Source of the DNA: Desulfobulbaceae bacterium | Lineage (GTDB): Bacteria; Desulfobacterota; Desulfobulbia; Desulfobulbales; SURF-16 | Direction: 5' to 3' | Assembly: GCA_024637145.1 (NCBI GenBank) | Contig: JAGXFQ010000009.1 | Span: 4,629 to 68,628 of the forward strand | Length of the DNA stretch: 64,000 nucleotides | Shown: positions 55,963-64,000 of the stretch, piece after piece | Layout of the letters: each line of letters begins with the position of its first letter | How positions within the stretch are numbered: position 1 is the first letter of the stretch | Program-made: the position numbers and the translations under genes | Notes under the pieces: model-generated | The model's input: only the letters and a program-made list of their open reading frames with translations | Database searches by the model: none | What the model was told of the DNA's origin: nothing

Positions 55963-58068
55963 TCACTGCTTCTTCTGCAGATCCACCATGGTCCAGGCCA
56001 GGGCAATGAAGGGGGCGATAAAGAGGGTGGCAATGATCAGGGCGTTTTTTTGCACCGCCTTGTGGGCGGCTATATCCAGCAGCCAGGCCAGGCCCGGTTT
56101 ATCGGCCAGAAGCGCCACCAGAACGGGGAAGATCAGGACCAGGAGGATAAGAATGGCGATCTCGCTCAGCAGCAATCTTTTAGCAAAGAGCCGCAGGCCG
56201 TTGAGAGTGGTGCGCACCCATAACAGGCGGCTGTATTCCTTTCTTATTTCCGGATATTCCTGGCGGAGCTGGTCGGCAAGCAGGATGGCCTGGCGGCTGG
56301 ATTTATTTTTCTTCTGCTGTAGGTAGAGGCGGGCCTGCTGATTTTTTTTCATGGCGAGCAACAGGGCTTTTTGAAATTTTTTAAAGAATCTTTTGTAACT
56401 GTAGTCCTTCCAGAAGCGGAGAAATCCCTCCAGTTGCTGGCCCATTTGGCTTAGTTCCTGGTTGAGGCCATCGGCTTTCTCTTTGTGCAGGCGCCGGCAG
56501 GTGAAGAAGAGGGCGTTGCTCCGTTCAGAGACCTCAAGGAGGTCGAAATAACTGCTGCGTTCCAGCTGCTGCTCCAGCTGCTGGAGTGTGGTTTGGTGTT
56601 CGGCGCGGCGGGGGTCATTATCGTCCAGCCACACCGCCAGGGCCCGTGCTTCCCGGCGGCCATTCTTGAGATTTTTCCGGGCATCCTGGGCAATGACGGC
56701 GTATTGCTGGCTGAGAATGTCATCAAGAAGACCCTGGATGGGCAGAAGGTGGGGGTCAAGCAGCGCCTTGACGAACAGCTCTTTCTGGCCGACCAGCAGC
56801 GTACGCAATAGCTTTATTTCCCGTTCACTTAAACCTTCCCGAACCGCAAGCTGGAGGCGGCGGTACTGGCTGTCCAGGCAGTGGTAATCCGCCTTCAAGG
56901 CATGGGCCACGGCGTCTTTGGCATTCCAGAAATCTTCACGGAGTTCATGGAGACGGGAGAGGAGAAGGTTGCAGTAGACCACTTCTCTACTCTGGTGGGC
57001 CAGATTGCGGGCCTCATTGAGATAGCGCACCATGTCACTGGCGCGGTTGAGTTCCAGGGAGCAGAAGGCCAGGCCGATATTGGCGGCAAAACGATCACCA
57101 TCTTTTCTTCTGTTTTCCGTGTCCAGGATTGTCATGGCCTGTTCATGGTGCCCCACCCGCAGACAATCCAGACCCAAATGGAGATTGCGGTTGTCTATCT
57201 TTATCCGATCCGACAAATAGATGGCATCCCAGGGGCCATGGCCTGAAAAAGCGAAATTCCAGAGGAAGCGGGGCTGGAAGAGGGCGGAAATATCAAAAAA
57301 AGAGGCGAAGGTGAGGAGCTTCTGGTTTTTACGTATCTGGGCGGTGGTAAGGCCGGTGGCCAATTCAGCCACCAGGGGTGCTTGCTCGGCAAAAACAACC
57401 TGATAGAGGGTGTTTATTTCCGCAAAGGTGAGGTAGCCCAGATGGGCCAGTCCCCAGGCCGACATGGTCAGGGATTTGCTGGGACAGAGGGAGGGGGCAT
57501 GGGATCGCATGCCGCAATAAAAACATGGCGCTCCCTGGCCGGCCACCGGCAGAAGGCGAAAGGCCAGGAGGTTCGGCCTGCCGATATCATGATCAAAGAA
57601 TATCACCCTGCTGAGACCCGCATCATCCGCCTCTATCTTGTGGGACGGAAAGGGCTTGATGTCCTGCATGGCCTGCGGCCATTTTTCTTCAAGATCCCGG
57701 GTGATATAGATGCCCTCCAAGGGTAGGCGATCCCAGAGGGCGGGGGGGGGCAGGCGGTCGGCAATTCCTGAGGCTCCGGGGGGGACGATATCCAGGACAA
57801 TCTGCAGCGGCGAGGGGCCGCTTGCCTGGGGCCCGTCATGTTCTTTTTTGCTGTTGACGAGGGCGGCGAGCAGAAGGGGGACCGCGGCCAGCCCTTGGGG
57901 AAAGAGAAAGACGAGAAGGTTATCACTGCTCAGTGTCGATTCTTGGCCCTGTTCCCGTAGTTCATGGCGCAGGTACTCGAGAAAGGGGAGCCAGCGGTTT
58001 CCCAATATTTCTTCACCCGGCAGCGTCAGGGTGCGGATGGTGAGAAGAAGGGTCAGGTTCTGTGCCAT
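55963..58068 (-). CDS. Large uncharacterised membrane-anchored protein with CCHC zinc-knuckle motif
   Basis: 701 aa, with RBS 'gaggag' 8 nt upstream. 'CFYCGMRSHAPSLC' is an exact CX2CX4HX4C (codons 57484-57525). The central region is helical-repeat/coiled-coil, and there are two C-terminal TM helices. Confidence 0.7.
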   Translation of the reverse strand: MAQNLTLLLTIRTLTLPGEEILGNRWLPFLEYLRHELREQGQESTLSSDNLLVFLFPQGLAAVPLLLAALVNSKKEHDGPQASGPSPLQIVLDIVPPGASGIADRLPPPALWDRLPLEGIYITRDLEEKWPQAMQDIKPFPSHKIEADDAGLSRVIFFDHDIGRPNLLAFRLLPVAGQGAPCFYCGMRSHAPSLCPSKSLTMSAWGLAHLGYLTFAEINTLYQVVFAEQAPLVAELATGLTTAQIRKNQKLLTFASFFDISALFQPRFLWNFAFSGHGPWDAIYLSDRIKIDNRNLHLGLDCLRVGHHEQAMTILDTENRRKDGDRFAANIGLAFCSLELNRASDMVRYLNEARNLAHQSREVVYCNLLLSRLHELREDFWNAKDAVAHALKADYHCLDSQYRRLQLAVREGLSEREIKLLRTLLVGQKELFVKALLDPHLLPIQGLLDDILSQQYAVIAQDARKNLKNGRREARALAVWLDDNDPRRAEHQTTLQQLEQQLERSSYFDLLEVSERSNALFFTCRRLHKEKADGLNQELSQMGQQLEGFLRFWKDYSYKRFFKKFQKALLLAMKKNQQARLYLQQKKNKSSRQAILLADQLRQEYPEIRKEYSRLLWVRTTLNGLRLFAKRLLLSEIAILILLVLIFPVLVALLADKPGLAWLLDIAAHKAVQKNALIIATLFIAPFIALAWTMVDLQKKQ

Positions 58069-58269
58069 GGTCTCATCTCCTCTTTGTTTTTAATAACTAG
58101 CCAGCAGCACCCCATCTGCCTTGTCATCGGCCTGCTCGGGTGCAGACCGCACACTGCGCCGGCCTCTTCCTCGCCTCTGGAGCACTGCTGAACAGTAACA
58201 ACTTGGTGGTTTTCGTCCGTTTCCGGCATTATTGTGGATAGTTGTTGTTTTTAGAGAATAGGTCCTGGG

Positions 58270-59430
58270 TCAGCATTGATTGAGAATGTTTTTTGCCTCG
58301 CTATGGTGCGGATCCAGTTGCAGCGCTTTACCGGCACATTTGTCGGCCCGCACCAGCATGCCCATGGCCAGATAGCTGGTGGCCAGGGCGATCAAAAGCT
58401 CCACATCATCTGTGAATTTCTGGGCCGCCTTTTCCAGATAGGCAGTGGCCTGATTATGCTGACCCTTTTCCTGCAGGGCCAGGCCCAGGTTCTTATGGAT
58501 GGCCAGGCGGCGCGGCGCCTGCTTGAGGATCTCCTTATAACATTTAATGGCGAGATCAGGCAAACCGTGACTCCCCGCCAGCATGGCAATTTTTTCGAGA
58601 GTATCCTGGTTGTTGGGGTCGTGCCGCTGCAGCAGACGCAGGACCTTTTCCGCCTTTGCCGGCATTTTTTTCTTGATGAGCAGTTCGGCAAATTTAAAGG
58701 CCCGGTCACTGTGGCGGGGGCTGATGTCCATGGCTCGGCTGTAATAATCAATGGCCTTATCCAGTTCTCCCTGGCGAAGATAGAGCTGGCCCAGGAAATG
58801 GTACGAGGAGACATCCAGCCTGTTTAATTCGATGGCCTGGCTGAATTGTTTAATGGCTTGGGGGATGTTCTTGCCTTGAATAAAGAGGCGCCCCAGTTCG
58901 CGGTAGGGTCGGGAAAGATTAGGGTTGACCTTGGAGGCCGCCAGGGCCAGGGTAAGGGCCTTCTTGATATCCCCTTTCTCTTCGGCTGTTCTGGATTCCT
59001 TGAGCAGCCTGGTGGGCATATCAGGGTTCATGGCCTTGTCCAGAAGCTCGTTGATCTTGTTCTCCAGGGAGGCGGTGACAAAGGGTTTGGTCAGATAGGC
59101 GTCCACATCATGTTCCGCCGCCTCAGCCACCACTTCCTTGTTGGCATCAGCGGTGATCATCAGAAAGGGGATGTCCCGGAGATCCTTGTCGGCCCGCACC
59201 AGGTGGAGAAGCTCGGTGCCGGTCATGTAAGGCATATTATAATCACAGATGATGAAATCGATATCGTGATTTTTTTTCAGCAGCATCTTCCAGGCCTCTT
59301 TGCCGTGCGGGGCCTCGTGGAAATTGTTGCCGTAATTGATCAGCTTCAGCATGGCCCGCACGGAACGGCGCATATTGTCCATGTCGTCCACGATCAGGAA
59401 GTTCATGTTTTTGGCAGTCAGAGAAGGCAT
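58270..59430 (-). CDS. Response regulator: CheY-like receiver fused to TPR repeats
   Basis: 'FLIVDDMDNMRR...DFIICDYNMPYMTGTELL...LMITAD...YLTKPF' receiver, followed by multiple TPR-like repeats ('AIELN', 'YYSRAMDISP', 'YLEKAAQKF'). Confidence 0.88.
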   Translation of the reverse strand: MPSLTAKNMNFLIVDDMDNMRRSVRAMLKLINYGNNFHEAPHGKEAWKMLLKKNHDIDFIICDYNMPYMTGTELLHLVRADKDLRDIPFLMITADANKEVVAEAAEHDVDAYLTKPFVTASLENKINELLDKAMNPDMPTRLLKESRTAEEKGDIKKALTLALAASKVNPNLSRPYRELGRLFIQGKNIPQAIKQFSQAIELNRLDVSSYHFLGQLYLRQGELDKAIDYYSRAMDISPRHSDRAFKFAELLIKKKMPAKAEKVLRLLQRHDPNNQDTLEKIAMLAGSHGLPDLAIKCYKEILKQAPRRLAIHKNLGLALQEKGQHNQATAYLEKAAQKFTDDVELLIALATSYLAMGMLVRADKCAGKALQLDPHHSEAKNILNQC

Positions 59431-59471
59431 TCTAGTCCACAGGCGGAGAGAAAAAAAAGGCTGGTTGGGCC

Positions 59472-60755
59472 TCAGAGGGGAAGTTCCACAAAAAAACAGC
59501 TGCCCTGACCTTCACTGCCTTCAACCCAGATCCTCCCTTTATGAAGTTCAACGGCCAGCCGGCAGAAATGGAGCCCCATGCCCGTCCCCACCAAGGCATC
59601 CTGCTGGCTTGAGAGGCGGGCATATTTATCAAAAATGGTCTCGCTCATGGCAGCCGGGATGCCCGGACCTTCATCGACAAACATGAAGATAATCTGCTCC
59701 CCCTCAAGGCGGATACCAGCGGTTATTTTGGTGTGGGGACTTGAGTAGCTCACCGCATTGGCGAGAATATTCTGGAAGACCCGGAGGATAAGGGTCCTGT
59801 CCAGCCGTAGGATGGGGAGGGCTTCCTCCTGGCCCATATTATGGACAATGGTTATCTCCTTGAGGCGGGCAATGGCGCGGATGGAAGAGAGGGCCTCGGC
59901 CATGAGATCTGCCGGCTTGACCTCTTCCTTGAGCAGCTGCTGCTGGCCATCGGCTATCTGGTCAACACTCACCAGGTTGCTCACCATGCGCACGGCCCGG
60001 TCGCAGCCGATCTGGGCCCCTTCCAGGAACTCCTTGTTCTCTTCGTCTATGGAGTAGGAGAGGATATCGAGATTGGCCACCACCTCGGCCAGGGGTGTTT
60101 TCAGGTCGTGGATAAGCATGCCCGACAGCTGCCTCCGTAAATCCTGCTGATGCTGCAGCTCTTTATTGCGTTTGCGGAGGGTGGCGCGCTGTTTGCCCAG
60201 TTTGGCCTGCAGCCCTTCCAGGACCAGACCCCAGATGATAATGCTGCTGAAGTGGAGGAGGAGCTGGACATCCTGCTTGAGCAGATCACGGTTGCCCGCC
60301 TTGTCCGAGACATTGATGGTGCCGGCCACCTTTTTTTTATGAAAAATGGGGACGCAGAGCAGGGAGTTCTTTTTGTAGGTGCCGCTGCCGCGCATGGGGA
60401 ATCTTTTGTCCTTGGAAATATCATCTATAAAGAGGGGCTCTCCCTCCCTGGCCACCCAGGAGGCCACCAGGTCCGCCTCCAGGGGTTGTTTCATGCCGAC
60501 AATCTCGGAGCGGGTGGCGGCGCAGACCACCAGTTTGCGTCTTTCCAGGACCATGATGGAGCCCTGCTCGGCGCCCAGATAGTCAAGAATAAGGGCGAGA
60601 ATTGTATCCATCTTCCGTTCGGAACGATGGCTGGTGTTGTTCATGGTATCTGAAATCTGCAGGATGCAGTTCAGCAGGCGTATGGCCACCTGGGGATCGT
60701 CAATGGCCTGGGGAGGTGATGTTTTCATAGGGGCGAGGGCTGAAATGTGGGGCAT
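59472..60755 (-). CDS. Cytoplasmic GAF-domain sensor histidine kinase
   Basis: GAF domain ('GAEQGSIMVL...LCVPI..KKKVAGTINVSDK'), H-box 'IHDLKTPL', N-box 'NILANAVSYS' and G-box 'VDEGPGIP...GTGMGLHF'. Confidence 0.9.
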   Translation of the reverse strand: MPHISALAPMKTSPPQAIDDPQVAIRLLNCILQISDTMNNTSHRSERKMDTILALILDYLGAEQGSIMVLERRKLVVCAATRSEIVGMKQPLEADLVASWVAREGEPLFIDDISKDKRFPMRGSGTYKKNSLLCVPIFHKKKVAGTINVSDKAGNRDLLKQDVQLLLHFSSIIIWGLVLEGLQAKLGKQRATLRKRNKELQHQQDLRRQLSGMLIHDLKTPLAEVVANLDILSYSIDEENKEFLEGAQIGCDRAVRMVSNLVSVDQIADGQQQLLKEEVKPADLMAEALSSIRAIARLKEITIVHNMGQEEALPILRLDRTLILRVFQNILANAVSYSSPHTKITAGIRLEGEQIIFMFVDEGPGIPAAMSETIFDKYARLSSQQDALVGTGMGLHFCRLAVELHKGRIWVEGSEGQGSCFFVELPL

Positions 60756-60867
60756 CCGGGATGCACGGCGGCTGGCGGCACTGTCTCAAAGAGATAACCA
60801 GATGATATCAATAAATATCATCTACAAGTGATACCTCTGTGGTCAGAGAAAGGGAAGTGGGGAGATG

Positions 60868-60890
60868 AAAAAAAGGGCCTGAGAAGGCCC
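60868..60890 (-). terminator. Intrinsic terminator after the NYN-CSD gene
   Basis: Minus-strand RNA forms a GGGCCU-UCUC-AGGCCC hairpin followed by U7. Confidence 0.7.
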
Positions 60891-60912
60891 TTGAGCCAGG
60901 CCAATAGGAATA

Positions 60913-61692
60913 TTAATAATTGTCGGCCTTCAGCAGGCGGATGTTTTGGGCCTCCACCTTGGCCGCGTCCCGGCTGGTGGGGACTATTTGGAACTCAAAG
61001 ATCTTGCCGTGCTGGCTGAAGACATGGGCCTCCTGTTCATGGGCGGACTTGGAACAGTGGAAAAAGACGGTTTGGGCCTTGAGGCCGGTTTCCGTAAAAT
61101 GAAAATAACGGAAAAAGCCAAAACCCCGGTCCGTCTTGTAGGTGGCCACCGTGCCCCGATACCAGTTGTCTCCGTCGAGATCCCCTGAAAAGGGGAGAAG
61201 GCCGGGGATCAGGAAGCCGGAAAGGTAGAGGTCCGCCGCCTCGCGCAGATCATTGCTGACATTATTAAAACCGATAATCTCCACCCGGCACCCCTTGTTC
61301 TGCAGGGCCGTCACCAGCCGGATAAAATCTCCGTCGCCGGTGAGAAGAATGATGCGATCAAGGTTGCGCGACTGCAGAATGGCGTCAATGGCCAGATCCA
61401 TGTCGGCATTGGCCTTGGTGGTGACCACGCCCTCGTCGTCCACATAGTGTTTGACATATTTTTTGATGACCTTGAAGCCGCATTTGCGCAGGACATCGTG
61501 ATAGGCATAGAGTTTGTGGCGGTATTCCTGGTCCACCTCGGTGCGTTTTTGGTCTTCAGCAAGATAGGAGTTGGCCCGCAGCATGATGGAGTCGTTGGTA
61601 TTGGCCAGATCCACCAGGATATCGTAGCGCATGCCGTAGCCGCCACAGAGCCGGATGTTTTCGGCATCAACATAAATTCCAGTTTTAAGCAT
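60913..61692 (-). CDS. NYN (LabA-like/PIN-like) domain fused to a C-terminal cold-shock domain
   Basis: 'GIYVDAENI', 'ANADMDLAIDAI' and 'IILLTGDGDFIRLVTALQNKGCRVEIIGF' (NYN), then 'YRGTVATYKTDRGFGFF...VFFHCS' (CSD RNP-like motifs). Confidence 0.8.
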   Translation of the reverse strand: MLKTGIYVDAENIRLCGGYGMRYDILVDLANTNDSIMLRANSYLAEDQKRTEVDQEYRHKLYAYHDVLRKCGFKVIKKYVKHYVDDEGVVTTKANADMDLAIDAILQSRNLDRIILLTGDGDFIRLVTALQNKGCRVEIIGFNNVSNDLREAADLYLSGFLIPGLLPFSGDLDGDNWYRGTVATYKTDRGFGFFRYFHFTETGLKAQTVFFHCSKSAHEQEAHVFSQHGKIFEFQIVPTSRDAAKVEAQNIRLLKADNY

Positions 61693-61779
61693 GATTTCAC
61701 TGAGATTGGCTAGGGTTTTTAGGAAGAAAAGGGCTGGTTATTGAGGCCTTCTGGCCGCAACAAATAGTCCTGCTGGCCC

Positions 61780-63330
61780 TTATTCCCATTCAATGGTGCT
61801 GGGCGGCTTGGAGGAGACATCGAACACCACCCTGTTGACGCCGCGCACCTCATTGATGATGCGGTTGGAGATCCGGCCGATCAGCTCATAGGGCAGTTTG
61901 GACCAGTCAGCGGTCATGGCATCCAGACTGTCCACGCAGCGCAGGGCAATAACATTCTCATAGGTGCGTTCATCGCCCATCACCCCCACGGTCTGGATGG
62001 GCAGCAGCACGGCAAAGGATTGCCACACCTTCTGGTACCAGCCGCTTGTCTTCATCTCTTCCAGGACAATGACATCGGCCTGGCGCAGGATGTCCAGACG
62101 CAGCCGGTCAACCTCCCCCATGATGCGGATGCCCAGGCCCGGGCCGGGAAAGGGTTGGCGGAAGACCGCTTCATCGGGCAGACCCAGCTCAAGCCCCACC
62201 AGGCGTACCTCATCCTTGAACAGCTCTCTGAGGGGTTCAATGAGGTCCAGTTGCATGATATCAGGCAGCCCGCCGACATTGTGGTGGGATTTGATCACCG
62301 TGCCGCCGTCCAGGGCGATGCTCTCAATAACATCCGGGTAGAGGGTGCCCTGGGCCAGATACTTGACATCGCCAAGCTTCTTGGCCTCTTCCTCAAAGAT
62401 TTTAATGAAACCGTAGCCGATCTTCTTGCGTTTCAGTTCCGGATCAATAACCCCCTCCAGTTCCGTCAGGAAATAGTCCACTGCATCGATATCAATGACC
62501 TTGAGGTGGGTGGTGTCGGCGAAGAATTGCAACAGGGAGGCGGTTTCGTTGGTGCGCATCAGGCCATTGTTGACATAGATACAGGTGAGCTGATCGCCGA
62601 TGGCCCGGTGGATAAGGGCGGCGGTTACCGCCGAGTCAACGCCGCCGGACAGGGCGCAGATCACCTGATCGCGGCCTACCTTCTGCCTGATGGCCGCCAC
62701 CGTGGTGTCGATGAAGGAGCCCATGGTCCAGGTGGGGTGGCAGTTACAGATGTTGAAGAGGAAATTGCGCAGGATATCGGTGCCGATCAGGGTGTGGACC
62801 ACCTCAGGGTGGAACTGCACCCCCACCAGGGGCCGGCTCTCGTGGCGGATGGCGGCATAGGGGGAATGCTCGCTCTGGGCAGCGGCCAGAAAATGGTCCG
62901 GCAGTTTATCAATGCGATCGCCATGGCTCATCCAGACCTGGCATTCCTGCTTGTCACGGTCAAGGCCGGCAAAAAGACCGTCAGGGGAGATGATGTCAAG
63001 AACGGATTTGCCGAATTCCCGCTTGTCCGCCTTCTCAACCACCCCACCCATCTCCTGTACCATGAGTTGGGCGCCATAGCAGATACCCAGGATGGGCAGG
63101 TCAAGATCAAAGAGGCCCGGGGCGCAGGTGGGGGCCCCTTTATCATACACAGAGCGCGGACCGCCTGAGAGAATGAGGCCCGAGGGCTTAAGCTCCTTGA
63201 TCTTGGCAAGGTCCGTATAGTAGGGGTGGATTTCGCAATAGACCTTCTGTTCTCTGATGCGGCGGGCTATGAGCTGGGTGGTCTGGGAGCCGAAATCGAT
63301 GATGAGTATTTTTTCACTATGGATATTCAT
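61780..63330 (-). CDS. guaA: GMP synthase (glutamine-hydrolysing)
   Basis: GATase 'ILGICYGAQLM', PP-loop 'ALSGGVDSAV', and the C-terminal end 'KPPSTIEWE'. Confidence 0.97.
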   Translation of the reverse strand: MNIHSEKILIIDFGSQTTQLIARRIREQKVYCEIHPYYTDLAKIKELKPSGLILSGGPRSVYDKGAPTCAPGLFDLDLPILGICYGAQLMVQEMGGVVEKADKREFGKSVLDIISPDGLFAGLDRDKQECQVWMSHGDRIDKLPDHFLAAAQSEHSPYAAIRHESRPLVGVQFHPEVVHTLIGTDILRNFLFNICNCHPTWTMGSFIDTTVAAIRQKVGRDQVICALSGGVDSAVTAALIHRAIGDQLTCIYVNNGLMRTNETASLLQFFADTTHLKVIDIDAVDYFLTELEGVIDPELKRKKIGYGFIKIFEEEAKKLGDVKYLAQGTLYPDVIESIALDGGTVIKSHHNVGGLPDIMQLDLIEPLRELFKDEVRLVGLELGLPDEAVFRQPFPGPGLGIRIMGEVDRLRLDILRQADVIVLEEMKTSGWYQKVWQSFAVLLPIQTVGVMGDERTYENVIALRCVDSLDAMTADWSKLPYELIGRISNRIINEVRGVNRVVFDVSSKPPSTIEWE

Positions 63331-63379
63331 GGGGGCGTCTGGTCACGTGTTTAAGGTTTTTTGATAAAGGTGGTTCCTG

Positions 63380-64000
<621 letters not shown>

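Noticed and set aside
62020-63168. 382-aa plus-strand ORF.
   Set aside because: It is antisense to guaA.

Overview
This is a gene-dense, GC-rich chromosomal segment with about 55 protein genes. Gene content and order resemble a sulfur-cycling Desulfobacterota (Desulfobulbales-like) genome; that placement is inference from gene content only. Most of the window is housekeeping: putA (5' end cut by the left edge), rmuC, an F1Fo ATP synthase operon atpF'-F-H-A-G-D-C, uppP, trkA-trkH, mnmG, relA/spoT, rnr, a TrmH/TrmJ-type methyltransferase, gatC-gatA, hisC-cmk, rdgB and guaA-guaB (guaB cut by the right edge). I saw no rRNA, tRNA, CRISPR array, transposase, integrase or phage gene, and no clear-cut novel defence system, so the window looks like core genome. 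Six things are worth a second look. (1) A ThiC-family radical-SAM gene is preceded by a cobalamin riboswitch plus terminator rather than a THI-box, which suggests a BzaF-type 5-hydroxybenzimidazole synthase. (2) There is a YedE / TusA / DsrE-like / two-small-protein sulfur-relay cluster of the 'YTD' type. It includes a 58-aa gene absent from the ORF track and an internal terminator after tusA. (3) A 701-aa membrane-anchored protein carries an exact CX2CX4HX4C zinc-knuckle motif. It lies downstream of a GAF histidine kinase, a receiver-TPR regulator and an NYN-cold-shock-domain fusion. (4) A chemoreceptor has a CXXCH haem-c motif in its periplasmic domain and a (GAA)7-encoded poly-Glu-Tyr tail. 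(5) A rhodanese is fused to a ferritin-like domain with apparently intact diiron ligands. (6) Several long, structured intergenic repeat elements fill convergent or divergent spacers, including a roughly 640-bp foldback with compensatory stem changes. Many long stop-free ORFs in the track are antisense shadows of real genes and were rejected.
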